A DNA stretch of 64,000 nucleotides. It comes from an uncultured Desulfatitalea sp. (GTDB taxonomy: Bacteria; Desulfobacterota; Desulfobacteria; Desulfobacterales; Desulfosarcinaceae). Within the stretch, counting starts at the first letter, position 1. Each line of letters opens with the position of its first letter. The stretch lies in the NCBI GenBank assembly GCA_963668675.2, contig CAXXMB010000002.1:2752001-2816000 (forward strand), written 5' to 3'. Under the pieces are notes generated by a model that was given only the letters and a program-made list of their open reading frames with translations, was not told where the DNA came from and did no database searches. Shown here in pieces: positions 27,337 to 38,392 of the stretch. Position numbers and translations under genes: made by a program.

Positions 27337-28200
27337 ATGGAATTACCGACCGATCTACTGCGTACTTTTGTTGCGGCTGCCGATGCCGAGAGCTACACCT
27401 CTGCAGCGGCCATGGTTCATCGCACCCAATCGGCCGTCAGCATGCAGATGAAGCGGCTTGAAGAGGGGATGGGGCAGCCCCTGTTCGAGAGAAACGGCCG
27501 TGCCATGCGGTTGACCTCCCAAGGGGTGACGCTGCTTTGGTATGCGCGTCGTATCCTGAAGCTCAACGATGAGGCCGTTGCGGCGGTGGCACGTCCGGAG
27601 CTGTCGGGCAGTGTCCGTCTGGGGGCGCCCGAGGACTATGCGGAGCGGTTGCTTCCGCGTGTTTTGGCGCGTTTCGCCGAAACCTATCCGCAGGTGCAGG
27701 TGGACGTGGTTTGTGAACCGGGGGCCCGATTACTGGCGGCGCTGGACAACAGTGAGCTGGATCTGATGGTGCACACCAACTGTGAGGTGCCGCTGCGCGG
27801 AGAGACGATCTACCGCGAACAGGTGATATGGGTCACTTCAAACCGGCATCTGGTCCACGAACAGGACCCCCTCCCCATCGCGGTCTATCATGAAGGCTGC
27901 ATTTTTCGCGAATGGGCGCTGCGATCCCTGGAGGGGGCGGGACGGAGCTACCGCATAGCCTACACCAGCTTGGGCATTGCGGGCATTCTGGCAGCGGTCA
28001 GGGGAGGATTGGCAGTGGCGCCAGTGGGGCGCAGCACCCTGGCGGACGGTTTGCGTATACTGGGCCCGGCCGATGGCTTTCCGGAGTTGCCTACGGCGGT
28101 CGTCACGCTGATCAAATCCCGCGGTACGCCGTCACCGGCGATGGCATCGCTGGCCGACCATGTCTCAGAGAGTTTTCGTGAGATGGACGAGCGGTGTTAG
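27337..28200 (+). CDS. LysR family transcriptional regulator
   Basis: LLRTFVA...HRTQSAVSMQMKRLEE HTH; LGAPEDYA substrate domain. Confidence 0.95.
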   Translation: MELPTDLLRTFVAAADAESYTSAAAMVHRTQSAVSMQMKRLEEGMGQPLFERNGRAMRLTSQGVTLLWYARRILKLNDEAVAAVARPELSGSVRLGAPEDYAERLLPRVLARFAETYPQVQVDVVCEPGARLLAALDNSELDLMVHTNCEVPLRGETIYREQVIWVTSNRHLVHEQDPLPIAVYHEGCIFREWALRSLEGAGRSYRIAYTSLGIAGILAAVRGGLAVAPVGRSTLADGLRILGPADGFPELPTAVVTLIKSRGTPSPAMASLADHVSESFREMDERC

Positions 28201-28589
28201 GGGCGCCCTCCTCCAGAAGCCGTTCACTGTGCAGGGATTGGCCGCGAAAGTGCGCGAGACTCTGACAAGAGATTGATTTAAAAGCTGTCTTGTATTCCTT
28301 TCGGTTTTTGGTGTATAAAAACAGCTATTGCTTTTTACCCGAATCTGAACCTCCCCTGAACGAATTTTTGCGCCCCGATGGTCACCCATTATACAGAAAC
28401 CGCGCACGGTGCGTTAATATGCAGTTTCCGGATGCTGCTCTCTTTGCAACCCCAGTTGGCGTTCGGACAGAAACGGATCAGGCGTTCACCTCGAAGCGTT
28501 CGGTTCCAGGCATAGATCCCCACCGGGGATAGCGTGGTTGGACCGGCAAGCACAATCCCCTGAACGCGAACCTCGAACCTGGGGGTAAT

Positions 28590-31235
28590 ATGCCTGAAAA
28601 GCCGACATACCAAGAATTGGAGCATCGCCTGGCCGAACTGCAGGCGGAGCTCAAGGCCATTCGGGGTAAGCAGACCGTAAAATCCCGCTGGATGGCTCCC
28701 ATACTTGAGGATTCGGGTTTAAATCTGTTGTTTGCCATCATCAACAATGCCCAAAATGTCATCTATGTAAAAGATGTCGACGGTCGATTTATTCTGGCAA
28801 ACCGGCAGCTATGTGACATCCTGGGGCTCCCGGCGAGCAAGGTGCTGGGGAAGACCCCTGTGGAGTTGTTCTCCAACAACCTGGCCGCAAGAACGATGGA
28901 ACATGACAGGCAGATTATCCGATCCAAATCGGCCAAAACCTTTGGTGAGAAGGTTGAACTCAACGATGGGGTGCATGAATACATCGCCATGAAATTTCCG
29001 ATCTTCGGTGACCAAGGCGACCTGGTAGCGGTCGGTGGGATCGCCACCGACATTACAGACCATGTGCGTGCCGAAGAGAACTACCGCCAAAGTGAGGAGA
29101 AGTACCGCACCCTCGTAGAGAATGCCGGAGAGGCGATATTTATTGCCCAGCAGGGGATGCTCAAGTTCGTCAACAAGAAGACCGAGTCGCTCAGCGGGTA
29201 TACGAACGAGGAGCTGATTTTCAAACCTTTCCAAGAGTTGATCCATGAAGACGATAGAGCCCTGGTGCTGGGCCATCACTTCAAACGGCTTCAAGGCCTC
29301 AAGATGCCACCCCGCTATTCGTTCAGGATCATCGCCCGGTCCGGCGAGGTGAGGTGGGTTGAGTTGAATGCGGTGCTGGTCGACTGGCAGGGAGAGCCGG
29401 CCTCGCTCAATTTTTTGCATGATATCACGGGCCGTAAAAGGGCTGAGGAGGCCTTGGAGAAGCGCGTATTGGCTTTGACCATGCCGCTGGACGACTCGGA
29501 GAGCATCAAGTTTGAGGACCTGTTCAACCTGGAAGATATCCAACGCCTTCAGGATGAGTTTGCGGCAGCAACTGGCGTGGCGTCGATCATCACCCACACC
29601 GATGGCACACCCATTACCGAATCGAGCAACTTCTGCCACCTGTGCCGCGACATCATTCGCAAGACGGAAAAGGGGTGCTCCAATTGCTACAGATCCGATG
29701 CATTGATCGGGCGCATGTCTTCCGAGGGCCCAACGATCCAGCAGTGTATGAGTGGGGGGCTATGGGATGCCGGCGCGGCGATTTCGGTGGGTGGCAGGCA
29801 CATTGCCAATTGGCTGATCGGACAGGTGCGCGACGAAACCCAGACCGAGGAGAGTATTCGGGTCTATGCCAGGGAGATCGGCGCTGATGAAGATGAGGCT
29901 GCGAAAGCCTTTCGGAAAGTGCCGGGAATGTCCCAGGCGCAATTCGGCCGCGTGGCCCAGGCGCTCTTTACCCTGGCCAATCAGTTGTCCGCCACAGCCT
30001 ATCAAAACGTGCAGCAGGCGCGATTTATCAGCGACCGTAAAAGGGCCGAAAAAGAGAAGGATCGGATAGAGGCCCAGTACCGGCAATCGCAGAAGGTGGA
30101 GGCCATCGGTCGCCTGGCCGGTGGTGTGGCGCATGATCTCAACAACCTGCTGACGCCTATCATCGGCTATGGTGAGCTGCTGTCGGGGGAATTCAGTCAG
30201 GGAGACCTGCGGCGGGAGTCCATCGACCAGATATTGCAGGCCGGTTACGGTGCGCGTGACCTGGTGCGCCAGCTTTTGGCGTTCAGTCGCAAGCAAAAGC
30301 TCAAATACCAACCTCTGAACCTGAACAAGACGATTCGGGGTTTCCAAAAACTGCTCCGGCGAACGGTGCGGGAAGACATCGAATTGAGCATTATCATGTC
30401 GCCGGATATCCAGACCATTCGAGGAGACATCGGCCAGATCGAACAGGTGATCATGAACCTCTTTGTCAATGCTCAGCAAGCCATGCCCAACGGCGGTAAA
30501 TTGACCATCGAGACAGCCATGGCCGAACTCGACGAGGCCTATGCCGCGGATCATCCACACACCCAGGTCGGACAATACGTCATGCTGGCAGTTAGCGATA
30601 ATGGCCTGGGCATGGATGAGGAGACCCAGGAGCATATCTTCGAACCCTTCTTCTCCACCAAAGGCGAACAAGGGACCGGGCTGGGGTTGGCCACGGTTTA
30701 CGGTATCGTCAAACAGCACGGCGGCCATATCTGGTTATACAGCGAGATGGGCAAGGGCACCATTTTTAAAGTTTATCTGCCTGTTTCGGAAGAGATGCCG
30801 ATCGAAACCCACAGCGAAAAAGAGATCGCCGTCGACATGAAAGGCACCGAAACCATCCTGTTGGTGGAGGACAACGCACAGGTGCGCCGCCTCGCCAGTG
30901 TAGTCCTCAGGCGTCAGGGCTATAAGATGCTGATCGCAGAGCATGGTGACAAGGCACTGCGTCTTTTGAGAAATCATAAGGGCAAGGTCGATCTTCTGCT
31001 GACCGATGTGGTCATGCCCGATATGAACGGCAAGGAGCTGTGGACCAAGGTGGAGAAGATATGCCCGCACATAAGGGTGCTTTATATGTCCGGCTATACC
31101 GATGACATCATTGCCCAGCGCGGGGTGCTGGATGAAAGCGCCCGTTTTATCGAAAAGCCATTTACCGTCCAGGGGCTCGCCACCAAAGTCCGGGAGGCCC
31201 TCACCTCGAAACAGACAGGCGCAAGCCTCTTCTGA
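28590..31235 (+). CDS. Hybrid histidine kinase: PAS-PAS-PocR-HisKA-HATPase-REC
   Basis: PocR (IQRLQDEFAAATG...FCHLC...NCYRSD); GGVAHDLNN; EPFFSTK; GLGL; LLVED...TDVVMP. Confidence 0.92.
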   Translation: MPEKPTYQELEHRLAELQAELKAIRGKQTVKSRWMAPILEDSGLNLLFAIINNAQNVIYVKDVDGRFILANRQLCDILGLPASKVLGKTPVELFSNNLAARTMEHDRQIIRSKSAKTFGEKVELNDGVHEYIAMKFPIFGDQGDLVAVGGIATDITDHVRAEENYRQSEEKYRTLVENAGEAIFIAQQGMLKFVNKKTESLSGYTNEELIFKPFQELIHEDDRALVLGHHFKRLQGLKMPPRYSFRIIARSGEVRWVELNAVLVDWQGEPASLNFLHDITGRKRAEEALEKRVLALTMPLDDSESIKFEDLFNLEDIQRLQDEFAAATGVASIITHTDGTPITESSNFCHLCRDIIRKTEKGCSNCYRSDALIGRMSSEGPTIQQCMSGGLWDAGAAISVGGRHIANWLIGQVRDETQTEESIRVYAREIGADEDEAAKAFRKVPGMSQAQFGRVAQALFTLANQLSATAYQNVQQARFISDRKRAEKEKDRIEAQYRQSQKVEAIGRLAGGVAHDLNNLLTPIIGYGELLSGEFSQGDLRRESIDQILQAGYGARDLVRQLLAFSRKQKLKYQPLNLNKTIRGFQKLLRRTVREDIELSIIMSPDIQTIRGDIGQIEQVIMNLFVNAQQAMPNGGKLTIETAMAELDEAYAADHPHTQVGQYVMLAVSDNGLGMDEETQEHIFEPFFSTKGEQGTGLGLATVYGIVKQHGGHIWLYSEMGKGTIFKVYLPVSEEMPIETHSEKEIAVDMKGTETILLVEDNAQVRRLASVVLRRQGYKMLIAEHGDKALRLLRNHKGKVDLLLTDVVMPDMNGKELWTKVEKICPHIRVLYMSGYTDDIIAQRGVLDESARFIEKPFTVQGLATKVREALTSKQTGASLF

Positions 31236-31287
31236 AACAATTCCATCACACCCACTTTGCCTTCCAGAGAAAGGCCATAAAAGGAAG

Positions 31288-31316
31288 GGGCAAGATCCAT
31301 GATCTGGATCTTGCCC
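31288..31316. terminator. Hairpin downstream of the kinase gene
   Basis: GGGCAAGATCCA-tgatc-TGGATCTTGCCC, a perfect 12-bp stem with no U-tract. Confidence 0.4.
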
Positions 31317-31706
31317 GGCGGAGGAGGGAATGAAAGGGTTTGGTCTTCTGCTCTTGGCTTCACGGTTAACGTAACACCTCAAAATGACCACAACGTGACG
31401 CCAACATTACCAGTTTGTAATCTTGGCGCCGCCTTCGTGAAAAAGGGGGGATCCTTTTGCCTGCCCCTGGCTTGGCACGTCATCCCGTCTGCAAAGTGTG
31501 CCGAAGCAGTGTTGTTACAGAGGACGCTCAAGCAAGGTGTGAGCGGCCTTACGCAATTGTCGTGACCCACATTACATCTTCGCTAGCGGGCGTCATCTAT
31601 TGATGGAAGCATGGCGATCCAGGCTTCGGGCGCACACCACTTGTGACGCCGCTGCGCCCCATTTCCATCCATTGCTCCATCAACAAACAATCAAAAGGGG
31701 GCCCGC

Positions 31707-32942
31707 ATGAAACGTTTCAAGAGACTGTTTCCGGGGGTGATCGCTCTGGCGATCGGCCTGATGGGATGCTACGAAGAGAAAGCGAAGATCGTGGATGACT
31801 ACTGGTTTGGCGGAAGTAACAAGTACAATGGCTGGGCCATCGCCATTGACGGTAATTTCACGGCGATCGGAAATCCGCAAGGCTACAATGTATATGACTT
31901 TAAAACCGGTTCCGTCTACATTGCCGAAAGAAAAAATGGCAACTGGCTGGCCAACCCGATCAAAATTGCGCCCACGGACATGGACAACGATGACTTTTTT
32001 GGTTTTTCGGTTGCCATCGATGCCGACCGGTTGATCGTGGGGGCCAATCATCGCCAGGAGGCCCGTATCTACCAAAGATACACGGCGCTGGGCAATAACA
32101 ATGCGTGGTATCAGCAGGACACACTGACCGGCTCCGATGGGGGCAATGGCGACAGCTTCGGTGTCTCCGTGGACATCAGTGGTGATTGGGCCATTGTCGG
32201 TGCGCCCTACGATGACAACGCCAGAGGTACGGATGCCGGTGCGGTCTACTTTTTTCAATGGACCGGCAGCGATTGGGTCCAGCGCGTCAAACGGCTGGCC
32301 GCGGATGGTGCCGGAGGCGACATCTTCGGCTGGTCGGTGGCGATCCACGGCGATTGGGCTGTGGTCGGGGCCCCTTATGAGGACAACCAGAGGGGAGGCA
32401 ACGCCGGAAGTATCTACGTGTTCCAGCGCAGCGGCGTGAGTTGGTACCAAAATTCCAAACACATCGCATCGGATGGCGGGGCCGGCGACTACCTGGGAAC
32501 ATCGGTTGCCATCTGGGGCAACTATATCCTGGCAGGGGCCTACTACGACGACAATTCCAACGGCACCAATGCCGGGTCGGCCTATTTCTATGTGCGCGGC
32601 AGCGGGAGCTTCAGCGAGAAGGCAAAGCTGCTGGCCGACGACGGTGCCGGCGGCGATCACTTCGGCAATTCAGTCGCCCTCACGGACTACTTCGGTGTTG
32701 TCGGCGCACCTTACAATGACCACAGCTCAGGCACCAATGCCGGCGCCGCTTATGTTTACTACCGATCAGGAGATGAATTGCTATACGTGGAAAAACGAAC
32801 CGCATCCGATGGCGCCGCAGGAGATCTCTTCGGCTATCGTACCGCCATCAGCGGATACTACGCTGCTATCAGCGCACTCTATGACGACAACACCGTGGGC
32901 ACGGATGCCGGCGCCACCTACCTCTTCGAGCGCGAAGAGTAG
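31707..32942 (+). CDS. FG-GAP repeat beta-propeller lipoprotein
   Basis: Lipobox LMGC; about 7 repeats of GDxFGxSVAIxGxxAVVGAPxDD...AGAVYxF. Confidence 0.9.
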   Translation: MKRFKRLFPGVIALAIGLMGCYEEKAKIVDDYWFGGSNKYNGWAIAIDGNFTAIGNPQGYNVYDFKTGSVYIAERKNGNWLANPIKIAPTDMDNDDFFGFSVAIDADRLIVGANHRQEARIYQRYTALGNNNAWYQQDTLTGSDGGNGDSFGVSVDISGDWAIVGAPYDDNARGTDAGAVYFFQWTGSDWVQRVKRLAADGAGGDIFGWSVAIHGDWAVVGAPYEDNQRGGNAGSIYVFQRSGVSWYQNSKHIASDGGAGDYLGTSVAIWGNYILAGAYYDDNSNGTNAGSAYFYVRGSGSFSEKAKLLADDGAGGDHFGNSVALTDYFGVVGAPYNDHSSGTNAGAAYVYYRSGDELLYVEKRTASDGAAGDLFGYRTAISGYYAAISALYDDNTVGTDAGATYLFEREE

Positions 32943-33083
32943 CCCCAAGGGGGGCATTGTTGACTATCTGTACCAAGCGGAAAGAGACGTCAGCACTATC
33001 AACCGTGGCCAAGTCTACCTTTATCTGCTCCTATCCTTATAGCCAGGAATCGGAAAACGTAGGCTTGGCCCTCCTGTTACGTT

Positions 33084-33998
33084 TCAGGTATCCATGAGGA
33101 GCCGCATGTAAAACAGCTCGAAATCGATCATCTCGTCGTCCTTTTTGCGAAGCCATTCTGAAAGCCAGCCAAAACGCACAGCCAGCACAAATAGGGGAAA
33201 AAGGGCCATATCCTCCAGCGATAACAATCCGGTTTGCCTGAGCGTGCGCAAAAAGGACGAGACAAATTCTGCTTCTCTTGCTTCCGGCGCCTCGGCGCCC
33301 ACGCAGCCGGCCACGAGGGCCGCGTCGTAAAGTTTCGGTTTCCATCCACAGAATTCCCAATCGATGACGCTGTTGATGCAATCTTCTCCCCAGATCGTAT
33401 TGAGCGGATGCGGATCCCCATGACCAAATGTTATAGGGAGATCGTCGATCACCGGATAGAGGCGTTTGCGCAGAAATTCGTAGATTGGGTTCACCTCCGG
33501 AATCAGCAACGGGTCGCTCCGGCTGATGCTGGCCATCAGATTGTCGATAAAGCCGGTCATGGAGAAGAACGGCTCTTCGAGAGTCCAGCCGCAAGTGGCA
33601 TTGGACAGGTCGGCTAAAAAATGCCCCACGGCTTCACCTCGCCATGCGTCTCTCCAGTAAGACGTCCTGTCCAGGCGAATGCCGTCAACATATGGCGAGA
33701 GCTGCCAACAGGCACCTTTCAATTTTTGAACCCAGTTGCCATCGCTTCCCTGGCAATAGGGTGTCACCGTGAGATTGCTGCGAGCCAGTTGATCTAACCG
33801 TTCTGCGATAGTCATTTTTCTATTGAAGGAGATGGGATCGAGCTGCTCCAGAATAAAGCGATGCCCGTCTCTGTCTGCAAAAGCCAATCGATGCTTACAC
33901 CGCTCTGGGCTGCCCGGTATCGTATCGGCGGGCAGCAGTTGGGCCAATGAGATATTCCAAAGGTCAAGGACCCTTTTTACCGAACCTGAATCAAGCAT
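33084..33998 (-). CDS. Aminoglycoside phosphotransferase / type II homoserine kinase-like protein
   Basis: HGDPHPLN and VIDWE motifs. Confidence 0.8.
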   Translation of the reverse strand: MLDSGSVKRVLDLWNISLAQLLPADTIPGSPERCKHRLAFADRDGHRFILEQLDPISFNRKMTIAERLDQLARSNLTVTPYCQGSDGNWVQKLKGACWQLSPYVDGIRLDRTSYWRDAWRGEAVGHFLADLSNATCGWTLEEPFFSMTGFIDNLMASISRSDPLLIPEVNPIYEFLRKRLYPVIDDLPITFGHGDPHPLNTIWGEDCINSVIDWEFCGWKPKLYDAALVAGCVGAEAPEAREAEFVSSFLRTLRQTGLLSLEDMALFPLFVLAVRFGWLSEWLRKKDDEMIDFELFYMRLLMDT

Positions 33999-34030
33999 GT
34001 CGCGCAACCTGCTTTTACGGCGAGAAAAGA

Positions 34031-35566
34031 TCAGGCGTTCAGGAAATCCACCACCTGATTGGCGGCCCACACACCAGATGCCATGCACGAGAGGACTCCC
34101 CCGCTGATCGCCCCGGATCCGACCAGATAGAGCCCCTCAATCCCAGCGGTGCAGTCGAAGAAGCGGCCCGGGCCGAACTGGTCAGGGGCCTGTTCCAGGC
34201 CGAAATTGGCTCCCTGATAGCTATTGACCCAATACTCATTGGTGAGCGGCGTGGCGAACTCAACAAAGTCCAGGTGCCCGCTGAGACCCGGAAGATAACG
34301 CTCCGCTGAACGTACGAGCTGCATGCCCATTCGATTTTTCAGGTTGTCGTACGCCTCGCCGCGGTGCCGGCTGCGGGTACCGGCCCAGGGTAGAAAGGGG
34401 TGGTCGTAGCTGACCCCGCTGATGATCTGGAGGGTATGGTGGCCTTCGGGTGCGTGGGCGCTTTGTGGGTCCTTCAACGATGGTGACGTGAGAAAGTAGT
34501 AGGGGAATGGATCGGTTTCGCTGCGTGCATCGAGGGCATCAAAACACTGCTCCACGTCCGTGTAATCGAAGTGGATGATGTTGGCGTCGGAGAGCCGTGT
34601 CGCAGACAAATCCATAGAAGTGCCGATAAAGGCGTAGAAGGCGCCGGCCGATGGTCGTAAGCCGGCCACTTTTTTTGCCAGGGCCTTGGGGATCAGGCCG
34701 GGATCGACCAATTGCCGAAAGGTAATGATGGGGTCGGCATTGCTGACCACAGCCCTGGCCGTGTATTGGTCTCCGGATTTGGTAGAGACGCAGAACGCCT
34801 CGCCCTGACGTTCGATGCGAGTTACAGGGGCTCCGGCTTTAAGAACGGCCTCGTGCCGATGAAGCCCGGTGACAAAGGCGTCCCGTATTGCCCCGCTGCC
34901 TCCCTTGGGATAATAGGCACCTTCAAAGAAGTGGTCCAGCAGCATGAGACACAGAAAGGTGGACGCCATTGAAGGCGGCAGGCCGCTGTTGCCGCAGTGG
35001 GCCGACAGCGCCGCCTGGAGCTGAGGATTGCGGGTAATGCCGTTGAGCATCTTCTGATAGGTTGAACGGAAATACTTCATCAGTACGGGATGCCGGAAGA
35101 TATACCCGATTTTATCAAAGATGTTTTTGGGCGGGCCTTTGGGGTCGGAAAAGGCCTTCAGCAGTTGATCGATGATATGGAAATATTTCCTGATCGGTTT
35201 GGCTTCGTTGGGAAAGAGCGTTAGCAGTCTCTTCTGATACTGTTCTCTTCCTTTGCAAAACCGCAACTCAAAATCCGGAAAACAGAAGCAATCGAACCCA
35301 TCCGGGTTGAGCTCGATAAACGACACCTCCTTGTCGACCTCCAACAACTCCATCAACATCATAAAAGAACCACCCGGTTGGAGTTTTCCCAGATAGTGAA
35401 GACCGGTATCGAAGGAGTAGCCGTTTCGGGTGAATGGATTCAGGTAACCGCCAAAATTCGGGGCGGCCTCCAGCAAAAGGACGGACACGCCCTGCTGGCT
35501 CATCCGCAATGCAGCGCCCAATCCTCCTGCGCCACTGCCGATGACAATGGCATCGTAATCGGTCAT
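34031..35566 (-). CDS. Phytoene desaturase-family FAD oxidoreductase
   Basis: IVIGSGAGG, FDTGLHY, YPKGGSG, ATPLT. Confidence 0.88.
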   Translation of the reverse strand: MTDYDAIVIGSGAGGLGAALRMSQQGVSVLLLEAAPNFGGYLNPFTRNGYSFDTGLHYLGKLQPGGSFMMLMELLEVDKEVSFIELNPDGFDCFCFPDFELRFCKGREQYQKRLLTLFPNEAKPIRKYFHIIDQLLKAFSDPKGPPKNIFDKIGYIFRHPVLMKYFRSTYQKMLNGITRNPQLQAALSAHCGNSGLPPSMASTFLCLMLLDHFFEGAYYPKGGSGAIRDAFVTGLHRHEAVLKAGAPVTRIERQGEAFCVSTKSGDQYTARAVVSNADPIITFRQLVDPGLIPKALAKKVAGLRPSAGAFYAFIGTSMDLSATRLSDANIIHFDYTDVEQCFDALDARSETDPFPYYFLTSPSLKDPQSAHAPEGHHTLQIISGVSYDHPFLPWAGTRSRHRGEAYDNLKNRMGMQLVRSAERYLPGLSGHLDFVEFATPLTNEYWVNSYQGANFGLEQAPDQFGPGRFFDCTAGIEGLYLVGSGAISGGVLSCMASGVWAANQVVDFLNA

Positions 35567-35591
35567 TGGTTCTCCTTTTCTCTCGTTTTCG

Positions 35592-36455
35592 CTATTCCCA
35601 CCGAACGTTGAGAGGTTTGCGGTCTACGAGGCGCAAATATTTCAATTTCGGATAGCCGACAATCAGAACGCTTTGCACCTCGTGTCCCTCTGGCAGTCCA
35701 ATCGCTTCGGCCAGAGGGGGATAAGAGCGGGCGGCCATCTCCAGTAGCCCGATATAGGTGAACTCTAGCCCCAGGGTGCGGCCGAACAGCCCGACCGTTG
35801 TCGAGGCAATGACGCAGTTGTCTTTAGGCGTGCTGGTTTCAAGCAGTGAATGAAATATTAAGACGAGGGGGGCGTGATGAAAAATCGGATCGTAGCCAAT
35901 CGATTTGGCCAGCAGCATGTTTTTACGGTAGCGCGCTGTCTTCTCAAGCTGAAGACGGGCCGGCGTTTGGAGGTCGTCCGGCATCGTTTTGAGTTTTTCA
36001 GCGGCCTTGAGTCCCATCTCGGCAAAAAAATCGATGGTCAGGTCAGACAGCATTTTTTTGCGTTCGTCATCTTCAAGTACAATGATGTCGACACCCTGGA
36101 CGTTACCTCCGGTGGGTGCGTACCGGGCCGCCTCGATCAAATGCTCAATTGTGTCCTTGGAAACAACTTTGTCTTTAAAATGGCGATGGCTTCGGCGTTG
36201 GCGGATAAAGCGCATAAACTCATCGGGCTGGTATTGAACCGGTGTCCCCGCGGATTCAAAGTTGTTCGCATCCATCCGGCTGTGGGCGATGGCGCCAGTG
36301 GGGCACAAGGATACGCAATGACCGCAGATGATACAGCAGTTTTCATCGGCCTGAACTGAAATGTTCTTATCGGTAAACGTAAAGCATCGGGGGCAGCGAA
36401 CGGCACAGATACCGCAATCGTTGCATTTGTCTTTGTCGATGGTCACCCAACTCAT
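35592..36455 (-). CDS. Nitroreductase with N-terminal 2x[4Fe-4S] domain
   Basis: CNDCGICAVRCP, CIICGHCVSLCP, RRSHRHF, APTGGN. Confidence 0.92.
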   Translation of the reverse strand: MSWVTIDKDKCNDCGICAVRCPRCFTFTDKNISVQADENCCIICGHCVSLCPTGAIAHSRMDANNFESAGTPVQYQPDEFMRFIRQRRSHRHFKDKVVSKDTIEHLIEAARYAPTGGNVQGVDIIVLEDDERKKMLSDLTIDFFAEMGLKAAEKLKTMPDDLQTPARLQLEKTARYRKNMLLAKSIGYDPIFHHAPLVLIFHSLLETSTPKDNCVIASTTVGLFGRTLGLEFTYIGLLEMAARSYPPLAEAIGLPEGHEVQSVLIVGYPKLKYLRLVDRKPLNVRWE

Positions 36456-36700
36456 TTGTCTCCTCCTCTATCCGAAGTAGCCAATACAACTGTTTTTAAA
36501 CGATCAGGAAATCGATTCCGATGTGAATTGCGGTTCAGCATAGATGAAATAGATCAAGCGGGCAAGCATCAGGAAGAGAGCGCCCATGCATTTCAGGAAA
36601 ATGTATGGAGGTTCCGATCATTTACGCTCTTGATAAAAAAGATCGAGCACGGCAGGATGGCCCGTGATAAGCAGGATTGAAAGCGGTAAGTTTCAGGGCC

Positions 36701-36778
36701 ATTAAACCGGCCAACCTTCGTCATTGCGGATCAAGTCCGGAATGGCATTTGCTGTGATGAATTGCCGGGCGAATAACG
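36701..36778 (-). repeat. Internally deleted MITE copy, inverted orientation
   Basis: Reverse complement CGTTATTCGCCCGGCAATT...CCATTCCGGACTTGATCCGCAATGACGAAGGTTGGCCGGTTTAAT. Confidence 0.7.
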
Positions 36779-38318
36779 AGGATAGAGGATGTTGTGGAAT
36801 ATGAATTTCGATATTCGAACTTGGGATCGGCCTGCAGGGCGTGCCGTCAATCACAACGATAGGATGGTGACCGCCCCATGGCATTGATCGGCATGCGCGA
36901 TGTGGTCTGGGGATTTGGTGATCCGCCGCTATTGGATGGCATCTCTTTTCAGATCGAAAGGGGTGAACGGGTCGGCCTGTTGGGGCGCAATGGCGTGGGC
37001 AAGTCGACCCTTTTCCGGCTTTTGAACCGCCAAATGCAGCCCCAAAGCGGAGAGGTGTGGTGCCAGCAAGGCATGGTCGTAGCGGCCCTGGAACAAGAGG
37101 TGCCGTCCGGCTGCGAAGGTACCATATTCGAGGTGGTTGCCCAGGGGCTGGGCCATAAAGGAGTGGCGCTGGCCGAATACCACCGACTGTGCAGGGCGGC
37201 GTCACCGATGGAGAGTGAACCATCCGGCCGGCGGCGCGAGGCGTTGCAGCATCTGCTGGACACCGAAGACGGCTGGCCCCTGCAACACACCATTCAAAGC
37301 GTATTGTCGCGTACCGGTCTCGATCCCGAAAAACCGTTCGCCGATCTGTCGGCCGGAATGAAACGCCGCACCCTTTTCGCCAGAGCACTTGCACTGGAGC
37401 CCGACGTGCTGCTTCTGGACGAACCGACCAACCATCTGGACATTGATGCGATCATCTGGATGGAGTCGTTTGTTTTACGCCATGTCAAAACCTTGCTTTT
37501 CATCACCCATGACCGCGCATTTTTAGAGCGCATCGCCACTCGAATTATGGATCTGGATCGTGGACGCCTCTTCTCCTATGCCTGCAACTACAACACCTAC
37601 CTGAAGCGCCGCGAGGCGGATCTGGATGCTGAGATGCAGCAACAGAGGCGCTTTGACAAGAAGCTCTCCCAGGAAGAGACCTGGATTCGACAGGGTATCA
37701 AGGCACGGCGCACCCGCAATGAGGGGCGTGTCCGGGCATTGCTCAAACTGCGGGCGGTAGCCCGGGAGCGGCGCGCCAAGATCGGCCAGGTGCGCATGCA
37801 ACTGCAGGAGACCGAACGCACCGGCCGGCTCGTGATCCAGGCCCGGGAGTTGACCCATGGTTTCGGCGGAACGACCGTTGTCAAGGGGTTCTCCACTACC
37901 ATCCTGCGCGGGGAGAAGGTGGGCATCATCGGCCCCAACGGCGTCGGCAAAACCACCCTGATCCATCTGTTGCTGAAAGAAAATGAACCGGACAGCGGCA
38001 CGGTGCGTCTCGGTACCCACGTTCAGGTGGCTTACTTCGATCAACTAAGGGCCCAACTGGACGAGGAGAAGACCGTTGCCCAGAACATCAACCCGGAGAA
38101 TGACGTTATCGTTTTCAACGGCAGCAGACGTCATGTGATCAGCCACCTTCAGGATTTTCTCTTTTCGCCGGAACGCTGCCGTACGCCGGTCCATAATGTG
38201 GTTCAATAAAATCGGACACCGAGTTAAGCGTAAACATCAACTGGGTGTGAGCGGGAGCAATTTAAAAGAGCTATTTGACAAATAGAGATGATGCCAATCA
38301 TCTCATGTCAACCCCAAA

Positions 38319-38392
38319 GCCTCCGTCGATCTGGTTGTCAAGGGCGTCGCCAGGCGTTCATCTTGACCCTTGACAACCAGATCGGCGGAGGC
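38319..38392. repeat. 26-bp inverted repeat in the IS leader
   Basis: GCCTCCGTCGATCTGGTTGTCAAGGG-N22-CCCTTGACAACCAGATCGGCGGAGGC, one mismatch that would be a G-U pair in RNA. Confidence 0.85.

Noticed and set aside
31472..31490. TTGGCACG as a sigma54 site upstream of the FG-GAP gene
   Set aside because: Lacks the TTGC -12 element.
31707..32942. Periodic DNA similarity suggesting an array
   Set aside because: Explained by FG-GAP protein repeats; not CRISPR.
36456..36680. 74-aa ORF or possible gene relic upstream of the nitroreductase
   Set aside because: No RBS or motif on either strand.
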